64,000 nt of DNA from the human T2T-CHM13v2.0 reference genome, Homo sapiens: NCBI RefSeq assembly GCF_009914755.1, contig NC_060927.1. One strand, 5' to 3'. A program made the translations under genes and the position numbers. The number at the start of each line of letters is the position of its first letter. The first letter of the stretch is position 1. Below are positions 13,114 through 30,997 of this stretch, piece by piece. Below the pieces are notes generated by a model that did not search any database, was not told the origin of the DNA, and saw nothing but the letters and a program-made list of their open reading frames with translations.

Positions 13114-15946
13114 ACCCTGAGGCCTTGAACTAGCTTAATTTCTCCAAGGATCAGTTTCCTCATCAAAGAAAAAAAAAGGAATAACATCAGTTTCAATCTC
13201 CTACATCACAGTGTGGGTATGAAGACAAAATAAGATCGTGCCCAAGAAGGTATATTTAAACTATAAAAGGTTAAGTAAAAAGGCAGCTATTACATTTTAT
13301 TCACCTCAGCCAAATGTTTGTATATTGTGTGTTACCAAAAATGAACTCTGTATTTCAGACAAACAAGCTTAAACTATCATTACAGAGTTGTCAAAAAGAA
13401 GGAACTTGATGTCTCAACATAAAAGCAAGAAACTTGCAAACACGGAAAAATTTTAATAAAGGTAAAATAATAATTAACATTTACTGTAAAAGGTACTGAT
13501 TTGCCATTGGTATTATTGTCCCCATTTCACAGGCAAGAAAACTGAGATTCACAGAGTTCAGTTCTTAGACAAAGATCACAAAACTCATAAGTCACCAGAT
13601 GGGTATTAAACCAAGCTATGTTCACCAGCATCTCCCAAAATATCTTCTTTGAGATGCTAATGTGTCAAAAGTAGAATCCTAATGAAACAGAGGTAAAAGG
13701 TTTCTTTTTGGCAAGACTTCTTCAGATCTCCAATATATCATTATATATGATAAATCTCCAGGTATGCCTTGCTCCCCAAATTTATTTGACCAAAGAATTC
13801 TTCTTTAGTGGATTATCTTGTGGAATTCATGTTCTGAAGAGTGCTGGTATTGCCTCTACTGAAAATCCATGCCACGTGTGTCAAATAAGAAAATTTAATC
13901 TAGGATTCGTAGGATTCATAGAACGTTTACTTCAGAGAATCTGTGACATTCATTGAATTTTGGTATGTGTTGTTATGTGCATTTTTCAAGGGATAGGATC
14001 CACAGCTCTTATCAGAATCTCAAAAGTGTTCATGCCCCACAAGAAAGATTAAGAAGCACTATTCTACAAAGACAGGTGATTTACGTTAAAGCCTCTATAT
14101 TTCCTACAATGAACGTCACTCATGTGTTGCAAGAGCAGGTGCCATTTACAGCTCTGCCATACAATGATTTTTATTGCATCCATAAACACTCAAAACTATA
14201 CTAATTAGCTGGCTTGTAAAAATATATTGAACTACTTGTGCACTATTACAAGCATCCTTTATTCACATCCTTTGAATGTGTTGGGTGTGAAGGGACTAGA
14301 AAGAATGGGGATTTATTACTGTGAGAAATGTCTTTCCTCTTCCGTATCAGGGAAAGGCTCAAATCTGGTGAGAGGGAAAGACTCTTTTTTGATTAGAAAA
14401 TCAATATGAGTAGCTGCAAGAAAGTGTATCCATCCTGAAAGGTCAATTGGGCTACAATATAGGCTTCTTGCATCAGAACACAAGTTAGGAACAGAGAAAC
14501 TACAACAAGAACACTTCTGGGCATAGTGTCATGCTTAAGTCCCTGTCCCTTATACATCATCTTTCCACATGGTTGGGTCATTTAAGTATTCAAATCACCT
14601 TTGTAGACTTAGCCTCATTAGAACTCTTGTATCCGTGAGTCAAGAGTGATTTAATGAGCCCTAGATGTGCTGATTACAGTTCAGCCTAAGTTCCCTTTGG
14701 TTGCAAACGTATAGATATATACCATCATTCCACTCTTATCCATCCATGACAGACAAAGCACTCTTCCTCATTGCTCCCAGATGCAATCTCAAAATCCTTC
14801 TCAATGACCCAGGAAATTACCACCAATGATTCAGACTTCTCACAAGAGAAGAAACTCAAATGCCACCCCTATTCTAGGCTCTCCTTTACCAGGAACTGAC
14901 ATTCTACTACTAAACTTATGTTTGCAACCCAAACACCCACATTGTCTTGAATATCTTTGATGCCAACCAACTGCTCGATTACTTACTACCATATTTTCCA
15001 GATACAATAGATGCTTGGCATTAATAACAAATGTATCCAGAATTTTAAGAATCTCTACTTTCACAAATACCTCTATAGCCAACAAATTAACTCTTAAAAT
15101 GGTAATACATAGGTGAATATGTAAATGACCCTTTAGGGCACTTGTATGTTCTGATGTGTAGTACAATAAGCAAACAGAAGCAGGTGTCAGGTGTTTAACT
15201 AAGCTGGGCCACTCTCTAAGTACTCTGCTCTAGATCTATAGCTCACAATTTAAATATGTACCAAAGAGTGGTTTACAATTAGCAAAACTATGACTATTAA
15301 ATCCACAAATGCCAAGAATTTTATGACCATAGAATCTGGGTGGACTTAATCTCACTGTACCAAAGACTCATTCTAACACAGGCTGACCCAAAATGGTGGG
15401 ATGGTTATGAAAAGACCAAATGGCAGAGAGGGATAACCATGCCCTGCACCTCCATGAAGGTGTTCCCGGGCTGCGGAACTTGGCAAGTAACTCATGATTT
15501 GCATTAATATGGCTCTATATATGTCATATAAAATAATTCAAATAAAATACTTTTAAAACATCCTATTACCTATATGTTCAGACTACATGTTGCCCAACAT
15601 ATGGTTCTTTTCAAGTAAGAAGTGTCTGGCATTACTAGCATAAAGGTATTCAAGTATAAAGCATAAGAGTTAGTTCTACACATCCCTTGCCCCTTCTACC
15701 TCCTAGGATCTCTAGCTGGAGTGGTATTTAAGAATTGTGTATTCATTAAGGCATTGTTAAGAGGCAAAAGAGACTTCCCAGATCTAATGAAAACTTCCAA
15801 CATGAGTCTACTTAATTCTCCTCTTCCTCCTTTGCCCAACTTCAAAAAACTGCCTCAAACACGATGGATCTTTACATTTTAAAATCTAAATTGAAGAGTC
15901 TAGAGTATAGACACTTATTGCTCTTTGAAAAGTTTATCCAGATTAC

Positions 15947-16049
15947 CTGTATGGGAAGGAAGTAGGTCATAAAATACTAAAATCATTATTTCATAGGTAT
16001 GTCCAGCTGCAATTATCTCTGGGTCTTCATAGTCCAACTCTTTAGTAAC
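15947..16049 (-). pseudogene. Cadherin pseudogene exon 10: VTKELDYEDPEIIAAGHTYEIMILVFYDLLPSHT
   Basis: ttttataag|GTT...ACA G|gtaatc; 103 nt, phase 0 to 1. LDYE motif. Confidence 0.93.
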
Positions 16050-16110
16050 CTTATAAAATGAGATTTCTTTGAACAAAAATGACCAAATTTTTTAAACGTA
16101 CATGTTTTCT

Positions 16111-16252
16111 GTTTTTGTTTTTGTTTTTGTTTTTGAGATGGGGGTCTCACTATGTTGCTCAGGCTATTCTCAAACTCCTGGGCTAAACAATCCTCCCACC
16201 TCAGTCTCCCAAGAAGCTGGGATTACAGACATGTGCCACTGCACACCCAGCT
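16111..16252 (-). mobile_element. Alu monomer (FLAM-like)
   Basis: Reverse Alu-arm sequence. Confidence 0.75.
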
Positions 16253-16510
16253 AAATGTATGTGTTTCAAGTAATACATCATTCTGCAAAAGGCAAGCATA
16301 TCTCCATTTTCATTTCACAGGGATGGTCTCAGAATATACCCAAGACTGACACAGACTGACACACAAAAGCAGGCAGTTTGGTGAAACAAAGGCACATCTT
16401 AGATTTCCTTCCAGTGTAGATTACTGTTGGACAAAGCATTGTGGCAAAGTAGAATAAAAAACGGGTTGTATCCTGTCTTTACTGCATGTAAATGGTGTGA
16501 CCTTAGGCAA

Positions 16511-18457
<1,947 letters not shown>

Positions 18458-19738
18458 TCAGTGTAGGAAAAAAAGAGAAAATATTTTGAATGTACTCTGT
18501 AAGCGATAAAGCACTATACAAAATGTAAGTTATTCTTATTATGATGTTTCCTCACCACTTAAAAAATACCTGTTAAGTACTAATTATGTTTGAGGTACAG
18601 TTGTAGGCACTAAGGACATATCAGTAAACAAGATAGTCCCCTATCAGTGACTTGAAAACAGTCCTAATTTAGTAGCACAGGCATGAATCTCAGGTGGCAT
18701 AAATTGGAATGGATCTATATGACACCAAGTACCCAGGTGTTCAGGAAGAACCACATTTTAAAAATTTTAGAAACTGACTCATTTGTCCATCCATTCAAGT
18801 ATATTGAGTACCCACTATGCACCAAGCAGGTGTTGACACACAAAAATAAACCACTTAGAAATGTGTAAAGCTTACAGTCTAATAAGAGCAACAATGAGGT
18901 AGGCATTTACAACAGAGTCTAACAAGTGATTTGATAGGGAATATACAACTAATAATACAAGCCCTTATCAGGGAGAACTAAGCCAGTTATGGCATTAAAG
19001 GAAGCTCTTAGGAATAAGTAACATTTAATATCTGTGGAACAATTATGCAAATATAAAAATAAATTAGAGGTGAGAAATGGTGGAGATAGTTACCCAAATA
19101 TAAAGTGAACATACGAAGACCCAAATCTTAGCATCATGTTTATAAAACCTCCATCTTCATCCAAATTTCATTTTAAAAGGTGATAGTTTGGCATTGCATT
19201 TCAAAATGAACATCAACCCAGGAAATCTCTTGGCTCAGTGCCTAAGCTTCCAAAATTCACAATATATGCAAAAGGCCAGCTTGTAGCTTATGGAGTTTGT
19301 CACAAAAATCTGGGGTTAGGGCCAGAGAAAGAGAAATGTTACCAGTGGTCTCAGCCATATCTTCTGGCTAAGTGTGGGGAGGGTGCTTGGTGATATTTGG
19401 GTTATAAAATCTAACAAGGATTAGCACTTTGAAATAAAGATCTATGGAAATTAGAAGTTAGAAGGAGGGATTTCTTCCAAGACAGAATCCCATCTTGGGA
19501 AGCAAAAAGAAAACTTAACTGTGTCCATCATCTGCCGATGGAAAGTGTATAATCTCCAGAGGGTATAGAAAAGAGGAGCTGATCAACTGCTCCCAGTGCC
19601 AGGAGAATGAACCATTGTCACACACATAGTCACACAGACTAATCTCTAAGGAAATCAGTGTGCTTTTTACCCTCTGATTCATTTCCCCAGCTAACTAGGA
19701 CACAAATTACTTTGTGCTTATTATAAGAAGGAGAAACT

Positions 19739-20350
<612 letters not shown>

Positions 20351-20488
20351 ATATTTTTTAAGACAGCAGAGGAGCCCAGAATTACGCTGTGCTATGTTAG
20401 AGTTCCTCTTGCTGAATCCACCAGCAGCATCTTAACTGTGGCCATAAAATGACTCCGTCTCTCTGGAGTTACAGCAACTGTTTCTCAC

Positions 20489-20651
20489 CTGGATGACATT
20501 TTCAGCATTTGGCACTTGCTCAAAGAGTTGTCCAGAACCAACTGGGCCTGAGCTAGGAGCATAATGGATTGTATCAGGAGGCTCATCAAGGTCCCGACAC
20601 AAGAGTTTTGCAACTACTGTATCTTTCGCAATTTCCTCCTTGAGTGTGTGC
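20489..20651 (-). pseudogene. Cadherin pseudogene exon 9: (R)HTLKEEIAKDTVVAKLLCRDLDEPPDTIHYAPSSGPVGSGQLFEQVPNAENVIQ
   Basis: aattaaacag|G CAC...ATC CAG|gtgaga; 163 nt, phase 2 to 0. CRDLD motif. Confidence 0.92.
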
Positions 20652-22421
20652 CTGTTTAATTTTTTAAGAAGAAAAATCCCTTTAGATAGATATTATTTTT
20701 AAATTTAATGCATTTTCCATAAATATACACTAGTTTGGGTAATGCATGTGTGTAGATGCCCCGTGTATCCTGGAGCAGACAGCTCAACTTTGGCGTACCA
20801 TCTAAGAAGCCATTTCCCAAAAGGTTCTATGAATTTGGTAGGATTGTTTTCATTTTCTGGGAGTATGTATTTTCTGAACCCAGATGGGCACTTGTTTGGG
20901 ATGGGCAGTTGATCAAGGACATCACCTTAGTGGAGAAGTCTTAAGTGGGAATCAGATAATTCTCTGGGATTGTTCCAACCTGGAACATCTGGGTGGTGTG
21001 GTCAAGACAGATAATCCTTACCATTCTATAGTCAAAGTGGATTTATTTTCATCTCAATATGTTTACCCATTTCTTCATCAGGATCTCTCTGCCTCAAATG
21101 CTCACTCTTAAGCCTTCAGCCTCTAAAACCTACTCATCCTTCAAAGGCTAACAGCTCTCATTCCTCAAGAAGCTCCTCTGATTATTCCAGTCTCATGTGT
21201 TCTTCCTCTTAACAATTAACGCACAGCACCTAGAACTTGAAGTCATTGCACATTTTTATCATCTGTCGTTTTACATATATTCATCTTATCACTCTGACAA
21301 GATACAATCTTCTTACAACAAATGACCATAACAAATACTCATACTGACACCATTAGGGGCTATAGCACTGGGTGCAGCATATGGTAGGTGTTTGGTTAAT
21401 TAAATATGATTCTCCTGGGGGAAGAAGAAGGAGAAAAAGTAGAAGAAGAAGAAAGAAAATGAGAAGCAGAAAGGATAACATTTACTGAGTGTATGCCAAG
21501 CCCAACTAAACAAATTCCAAGTATTGCTTATATTTGATCCTTATGACAATGCTGTGAGGTAGGTGCAATAATCACCTCCATTTGGAAGATGGAGTAATTG
21601 GGACCCAAACAAGACCACATGGGTGGTAGTTAGCAAGACTAGATTTTGTTTTTGATTAGGCAATTAGGAGTAAAACCTAGGAAACGTGGGACAGCTGTCC
21701 TCTGTGTAAATAAGAAACAGAAGGGAGTTAAGGGGGAAGAAGAGTGACACAGATGTAGGTTTGGAGACTGAGTTTCTGATAATAAAAATATTCCTACCAA
21801 CGATAATACAAACCCGCCATCCCTTATCCAAACTCCAAAATCCAAAGCTCTGAAACTAAGAATTTTTTCATAACTTACTTGGCATCAAAATTTAGCCTGA
21901 CCCTACCTGAAATTTTCGACTTCAAAACCTTACCTGAACTGTCAGATCTTTATTTGTCCCATTTAGTGTGAGTATTCACTATAAATTTGAATATGGGGTA
22001 TATGGATATTACTCTTGCTGGGGAAGTTGCATAATATATGATATACACATCCTATTACATTTCTAAAGTCAGATAAAAATATCTTCATCTTGAAACATAT
22101 TCAATGCCAAAGGTTTCAGATAATGGGTTATTTAACTGTAATAAATTGCATTTATAAAAGTCATGTGATATGTGAGCACTATGTTCAGAATCTCACATAA
22201 ATTATCCCACTTTTTCTTCACAACAATCCTGCAGGTAAGTACTATTATTATCCAATTTTATAAAGAAAAAAACTGAAAACCAAAGGCTTAAGTAAGTTAC
22301 CAAAGATCACACAGCTGAAAAGTGATAGAACCAGGATTCCAAGCTAGGTCTATGGTTCCAAAATTCAAGCTTTTGCCACTTACTGTCAGATCCTGGAAAT
22401 CCAACTTGCAATAATGAATAG

Positions 22422-22840
22422 TGATATAGTTTAGATATTTGGCCCCTCCAAATGTCATTTTGAAATATTATTCCTAATGTTGGGGGATGGGGCCTGGTGG
22501 GAGGTGTTTTGGTCATAAGAGCGGATCCCCCATGATTTGTGGGATTGGTGACACCCGTCCAGAGTGTTCTCACTCTGGTAGTTCATAGGAGAGCTAGTTG
22601 TTTAAAAGAGTGTGACACCTTCACCTCTCTCTTGTTCCCTCTCTTGCTATGTGATGTATTCGCTCTCCCTTTGCCTTCAGCCGTGAATAAAGGCTTCCTA
22701 GGCCTCACTCAAAGCCAAGCAGATGCTGACACCATGCTTTTTGAACAGACTGCAGAACCATGATCTTATTAAACCTCTTTTCTTTATACATTACCCAGTC
22801 TCAGGTATTCTCTTACAGCAACACAAAATGGACTAACACA
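22422..22840 (+). mobile_element. MST (MaLR) solo LTR
   Basis: tgatatagtttagatattt...ggactaacaca; 5-bp TSD aatag/gatag. Confidence 0.85.
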
Positions 22841-22998
22841 GATAGGCCCAACAGGTTATTTCTGAGGACCATTACCTGGGGATGAACAAGAGTCAATTTG
22901 ATGATTAACCACATGTCCAGTTGGGCCAATAAATATGGCAATCTCTCTTCTCTCGACCCACTCCAAATTCTTGCCCATGCCCACCTATCTCAGCACAC

Positions 22999-23176
22999 CT
23001 AATGAGGTACTGATCACAGAAAGGTGAATTGTCATTAATGCCATGGGTATAGGCAGTTACTAGAATTGCTGCACACTGCCAGTCACAGTCACGAGCCTTA
23101 ATGGAGAAGGACTGGACACTTGCAAACCCAGCTCTCTCCACGTCAAGACGTGTAGCAGTAAACACAGTTCCACGCT
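22999..23176 (-). pseudogene. Cadherin pseudogene exon 8: ERGTVFTATRLDVERAGFASVQSFSIKARDCDWQCAAILVTAYTHGINDNSPFCDQYLI
   Basis: ttttgttacag|AG...ATT AG|gtgtgc; 178 nt, phase 1 to 2. LDVE and INDNSP motifs; lies within ORF 22905..23195. Confidence 0.92.
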
Positions 23177-23309
23177 CTGTAACAAAATAGCACATCTTCT
23201 ACAAACTGATCCATGCTGTCATTTTCAAAATTACTTTATTACATACATAACAATGGAAAAGATAAGGGGAAAATTATGCCCTATTCATTAGAATTAAGAC
23301 ATAGATTCA

Positions 23310-23585
23310 GGCCAGGTGTGGTGGCTCACGCCTGTAATCTTAGCACTTTGAAAGGCCCAGGTGGGGAGACCACTTGATGCCAGGAGCTTGAGACAAGCTT
23401 GGGCAGCATAGTGAGACTGATCTCTTCAAAAATAAAAATTACAAGTCAGCCACGTGTAGGTGGGAGGATCGCTTGTGCCCAGTTCAAGGCTGCAGTGAGC
23501 TGTCATCACACAACTGCACTCCAGCCTGAGCCACAGAGCAAGAAACTGTCTCATGAAATAAATGAATAAATAAATAAATAAAATA
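23310..23585 (+). mobile_element. Alu (AluJ-like)
   Basis: Alu consensus with a TAAA-type tail. Confidence 0.88.
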
Positions 23586-24469
23586 ACAGAAAAAGAAAGT
23601 GATTCCAAATATAGGCACAATTTTAATTGTTTATCACCAAAATACACTAATTAATCATATTATGTTAGCTGGTAACAAAAAGAAAATTATTTTTGGCTTA
23701 GGGAACAGAGAAGACTTTTTAGAAGAGGAGGCCCTTATTTGGGGACTTGACATATGTAGGATAAGAAAATGGTGGTGAATGGGGAGATCGTTCCCGATAG
23801 AGAGTATCATAAATGAAAACATGAACCATAACTCACTGTGCTTCTTTCCACACATCCATCCACATATTCACTCGACAAACATTTATTGAGTGCCAATTAT
23901 GTGCCAGGAACTGTGCTAAGTTCTGTATATGCTACAATGAAGTGAAATCTCTACATTTATCAAATTTATAATCTGGGCTGGGAGACAAACACTAAGCAAG
24001 TGTAGAAAATCAAAACACAAAATTCAAATAGACATATTATTAAGAAAATGAAAACTGTAAAGTGATTTTTAAAAATAAGGTCTAATGGTCAGATCCTGAA
24101 AAACACAAGAGCAAACATCCCAAGGCAGGCAGCCTAGCTGTTTGGTTTCAGTATAATGGACCAAGAGGGCCAAGGAACAGGATGAGGTTGGAGAAGGATA
24201 CAAGGGCCAGAGAAAATATCTTGGGAGTGGGGTAAGAGTTTGGATTGCATTCCAAATGCAAAGGAAAATCCCAGGAGGATTTTACACAGGGGAGGAATAT
24301 GATCCAATTTAACTTTAAAAAAAATTATTCTAGCTGCTCTGTGGAGCTTCTAGGAGGCGGTAAGGGTGAAAGAAGAAGCCCAGTTAAGAGAAATGAGCAT
24401 TAACTCAGGTAAGACACAATGGTGGCTGTCATGATTGGGGGCTCCTCTAGAGACAGAATCTGAGATGGG

Positions 24470-24581
24470 GATTAGAGTGAAAGTAGTTTATTTGGGAGGT
24501 GATCAGAGCTATGTGGCATAAGAAAGATTAGAGTGAAAGTAGTTTATTTGGGAGGTGATCAGAGCTATGTGGCATAAGAAA
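24470..24581. repeat. Perfect 56-bp tandem duplication inside an MLT1-like LTR
   Basis: gattagagtgaaagtagtttatttgggaggtgatcagagctatgtggcataagaaa occurs twice. Confidence 0.93.
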
Positions 24582-25455
24582 AGTGAGACAAGGAAGAAAA
24601 AATCCCAATAAAAAGTACATCATCAAACAAGTCATTACTGTGGGAAGCTAGAATTTAATAATCCTGGGAACCCTGGAAGCGAGTGTAGAATGCACATTCA
24701 AAATTGTCCCCCACCAGAGGCAAAGAACTAGAGTGCACCAATTCCTTTCGTTCATTGACTGAGAACTCCTAGGAGGTAGTATTTCTCCAACACTTCCTGG
24801 GGGGTGGGGCAGGGCAGAGCAGATGTCAGATCCAAATAATACCTCAAGCAAAGAAATGCATATACTAGCAGGTGGAAATTGGGCTTGCTGCACTGAATTG
24901 TTAAGGCCTGAGGAGGTATGAGTAGGATATTGACAGCATCTGCTACAATGGCTTAAACCAGCCTATGTGCTAAGATGACCACCTTTCTTCTTTACTCAGC
25001 CCTAGAGGAAGCCTTAAATACCACACAATCTGACCCTCCCCCGGCCTCAGACACAGCGGATTGGATGAGGAATGAATGAGTGACTCTAGAAAGTCCAATC
25101 GGATTCTCTCTCTCTCAAAAAACTTGGACCTGAAGTACAGAGTAGAGTTAGTTAGATCTGAGAAGATGTGCTAGAAGGGTATGTTCAGTGAAGGGCTAGG
25201 ACTGCTGCTTTGTAGCGGATGAAGAGCCACATATTATTAGCTCATAAGTGAACAAAGACTTGGGTCTCACAGAGAGTTATTCAACAGATGTTTATGAAGC
25301 ATCTACTATGTGCTTCATGTTGAGGTTCTGAAAACGAAGAAGACTGATATGTAACCCCAAGAAACTCAGTCTGTGGAGGAAATATAAAGATCAACAGAAG
25401 ACGGCAATAGCATACGGTAGGATATATAATTTGCCAAGAACTTTTCTCAACCTAC

Positions 25456-25593
25456 CTTTGTCAACTGCAAAGTAATCATTCCGTGGATCTAGTTGAAAGG
25501 TTAAATCCCCCAGGTTATCTTCATCTGTTGCCTGGCATACTCCAATCATTTTCCCAATTGGAATTTCTTCATCCAGTGTGATGTCAACTTTAT
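25456..25593 (-). pseudogene. Cadherin pseudogene exon 7, 3' part: (N)KVDITLDEEIPIGKMIGVCQATDEDNLGDLTFQLDPRNDYFAVDK
   Basis: Open frame with xEE...G...ATDED...YFAVD cadherin pattern; donor AAA G|gtaggt, phase 1. Confidence 0.92.
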
Positions 25594-25610
25594 TGTGCTG
25601 AGTTGAGTTT

Positions 25611-27275
<1,665 letters not shown>

Positions 27276-28060
27276 CTTGTTTAAAAAGGAAAGATTGTGA
27301 GAGAGGCATTTGCTTGCTGTGTATTCTTTTCTACACCTTATGGTGGCAGAAGAGTAGGAGGTTGGAGATTGCAATGATAAGAGTGGAAATTGTGACCATG
27401 AGCTTAACAAGCAACCCATTTATTGATCACTTACCTACAGTTTAGACAAACTCCTAAGCATTTTTTAAGTGTTGTTGCATTTATTCCTCACAGCAACCCT
27501 AGGAAGTAGGGACCATTTTTTGTCCCCATTTTACAGACATGGAAATGGAAATTGTAAGACATTAGGTAACTTTCAGAAGTAAATATCAAGGTGGCTGAGA
27601 GAGGATTTGACCCCGAGCCTATCTGGCTCTAGAGCCTGTATGCTTAATCACTGTGCTCTTATCCTTCTGTAAGAACCAGCTTCTTACTGGTTCTTATAGT
27701 GAATCACTGTTGACCCTCAATACGGTTTTATAAACTCCTTGATGATAATATTAGCCAGAATCTCCCTTGAGGATAGAGAGAGATAATCCAACATAAGTCA
27801 GACACTAAGAACATATTGCACTAACACTTTATTCTATTGCAATTTCAATACACTTTATACTCTAAAATTAATTTGCTTTCAGTTTTTAAGAAAACCCTTT
27901 TTAAAAAATCTTACATCTTAAAGTGGATGTTTACATCTTACTCGTTTATTTTCCTTCTCAAAAAAAACAAACAAACATAAAAATTTAATAATGAATTTGC
28001 AAAACATTTTCAAATTCAATTTTCAAGGTCAAACTAAAATATTATGTTTTATGATCTTAC

Positions 28061-28167
28061 CTGTAGATAAGAATGGGGTCCTTATTGTGTACATTGATGA
28101 GAAAAATCTTTAGATTTCCAGCTGTAAACAGTCCTCCAGAGTCAACACTTTAATAACCACTGAAAAA
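28061..28167 (-). pseudogene. Cadherin pseudogene exon 6 with frameshift: (S)FSVVIK-fs-VDSGGLFTAGNLKIFLINVHNKDPILIY
   Basis: cattttcag|T TTT TCA GTG GTT ATT AAA GT GTT GAC TCT GGA GGA CTG...TAC AG|gtaaga; 107 nt where a phase 2 to 2 exon needs a multiple of 3 (108). DSGGL motif. Confidence 0.9.
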
Positions 28168-29029
28168 CTGAAAATGAAGCCACAAGAAAGACAGTTGAGA
28201 TTGTACAGAAACTAACAGGCTTTCACAGAAGTAGAATCTGTTTAGTTACAACAATCAGTTAAAACAATCGATTCATCTAGTTAAAATGTCAATCAAGCCA
28301 GTTATTTTAACAGTTAGAAATGGCTAACATTTTGTTAAGGACTAAATCAGTCGAGTCAGTTGAAAGGACAGGCAGGAACTTAGAAAAGTCTGCTAATCTC
28401 CATACACAATAAAAAGGCAAAGGGAAATCCTTAGCATGTTATAGCAAACAGAACTTATGGCTATGGGTTCTTACCTTCCAAACACTGATGTTTCAATTTT
28501 GAAAACAGACACATGCAAAGGAGAAGGTGTTAAGAACACTTCAAAACAATTTAATGACTATGAGGGGATATTAGGACAGTTAGATGACTAATGGGATTTT
28601 ATTTTAACAGAGATGTGTAGGGGTTTGAGGCATAAGAGTGCTCGAAATGATGAAACTGAATGAATCCTAATTGAAAGATGAATGTTCATATCCATAAAGT
28701 ATGATCTTGGGTGGTCAACTCTCCCAATTTGCCCAGGACTGTCCAGGTCCAGAGATTTAGCACTGTAAGTCTCCCATCCCAGAAAACTCCTCTGTTCCAG
28801 CAAAACTGAGAGCGTTGGTTATCCCTTCAGAAAAATAAAAAATATACTTGAAATGTACTATTAAGACCAAACTGACTGTTTTCTTCCACTTGTAATAAAA
28901 ACTAAACCAGTTTTCAATATCCCTCTTCTTTCATAATTTTTCCTACAAGAAGATTATCTATGAGATACTCTTGACAAAAACCACAAGTCAATCACTGTTA
29001 AGAATAAAGACATTTAAAAAATAATTCTG

Positions 29030-29385
<356 letters not shown>

Positions 29386-29430
29386 TCTGGGAAGCCTTTA
29401 CTACAAGAATAGAAGGAATAAGGTATGGAT

Positions 29431-29537
29431 GAGATCTGCAGCACTAAAGAATTCAAGCTACCTGTGGTCTAGCTGAATGCTGGAGGGTTGATGACAGCAA
29501 GGAAGGAAGAAAGCAATGAGCCTTTCTAACACTTTCA
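29431..29537 (+). repeat. 107-bp inverted repeat, arm 1 (arm 2 at 30493-30599)
   Basis: Reverse-complement match with 3 mismatches. Confidence 0.92.
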
Positions 29538-30199
29538 TCAGGACTTGAACAAGTGATTTCATGGCCCCTATATCTTTTTTTGAAAGGAGAGAATGGAGAG
29601 AATTGATAAAAGTCAATGAGGCATTTCAAAATTTCCTTGACTCTCACTTAAAGGTCTGCTCAGTGACCCTAGAAGCTCTGCAGCTAAGAAGGAAATTAAG
29701 GAATAGTTACTCTCTGTAAAACTTCAATGAGGTCCCATTGCAAAGCTTTAGCCAAATACTTATTTATTCAAATTCTGCAAACAAAGGTTAACTTGTCCCA
29801 TGTTAGCTCCTTTGATTTAAATCATACTGAGAAAAAGGAAAGATTTAGTTTTCACTTATCAAGAAAAAGTTAGTTTGTTAAAAAGTCATTAACAACTTTT
29901 ACTCCCATTATTAACAAATCTGGGGATTTATAAATACCTTGCTTGTGCATAATCACTCTTCCATGAGATACACCAGGCCAAAAAGAAAAGAAAAACAAAA
30001 CTGTGATGGCTATAATCCATTATTCCCAGAGTGATTTATGAAATAAGATAATGCAAATAATTGTTTGTCATGGGGCACAGCAGTGGAATTAAAGGAAAAT
30101 GGATAAAGATTTTGGCAATTTCTACTAAAAAAATATATAAAGATAATGCATACAGCTGACTTTAAGAAGCTGGCAGAAGACAGCATATCCCATTTTTTT

Positions 30200-30491
30200 G
30201 GCCAGGCATGGTGGCTCACACCTGTAATCCCAGCATTTTGGGAGGCCGAGGCAGGTGGATTACCTGAGGTCAGGAATTTGAGACCAGCCTGGCCAACATG
30301 GTGAAACCCCATCTCTACTAAAAATACAAAAATTAACCGGGCGTGTGACACATACCTGTAATCTCCCAGCTACTCAGGAGGCTGAGGCAGGTGAATCACT
30401 TGAATCCAGGAAGTAGAAGTTGGATTGAGCCAAATACGCACCACTGCACTCCAGCCTGGGCGACAGAGTGAGACTCCATCTCAAAAAAAAA
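30200..30491 (+). mobile_element. Alu (AluS-like) without an evident TSD
   Basis: Alu consensus; tail abuts inverted-repeat arm 2. Confidence 0.92.
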
Positions 30492-30492
30492 G

Positions 30493-30599
30493 TGAAAGTG
30501 TTAGAAAGGCTAATTGCTTTCTTCCTTCCTTGCTGTCATCAACCCTCCAGCATTCAGCTAGACCCCAGGTAGCTTGAATTCTTTAATGCTGCAGATCTC
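30493..30599 (-). repeat. 107-bp inverted repeat, arm 2
   Basis: Reverse complement of 29431-29537. Confidence 0.92.
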
Positions 30600-30685
30600 G
30601 TCTAGTTTTGAACTCCTAATCTGTTTCACTGAGAGGTAATCTCATATGATGTGTGGGCCCCTAGTCTCCACTGGACTTCTCTTCT

Positions 30686-30997
30686 TCTTCTTTTTTTTTT
30701 TTTTTTTTTTTTTTTTGAGACAGTGTCTTGCTCTGTCACCCAGGCTGGAGTGCAGTGGCGTGATCTCGGCTCACTGCAAGCTCTGCCTCCTGGGTTCACG
30801 CATTCTCCTGCCTCAGCCTCCCGAGTAGCTGGGACTACATGCGCCCGCCACCATGCCCGGCCATTTTTTTTGTATTTTTAGTAGAGACAGGGTTTCACTG
30901 TGTTAGCCAGGATGGTCTTGATCTCCCGACCTCATGATCCACCTGCCACGGCCTCTCAAAGTGCTGGGATTATAGGCGTGAGCCACCGTGCCTGGCC
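30686..30997 (-). mobile_element. Alu (AluY-like)
   Basis: Reverse Alu; TSD tccactggacttctcttct at 30667-30685 and 30998-31016. Confidence 0.95.
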
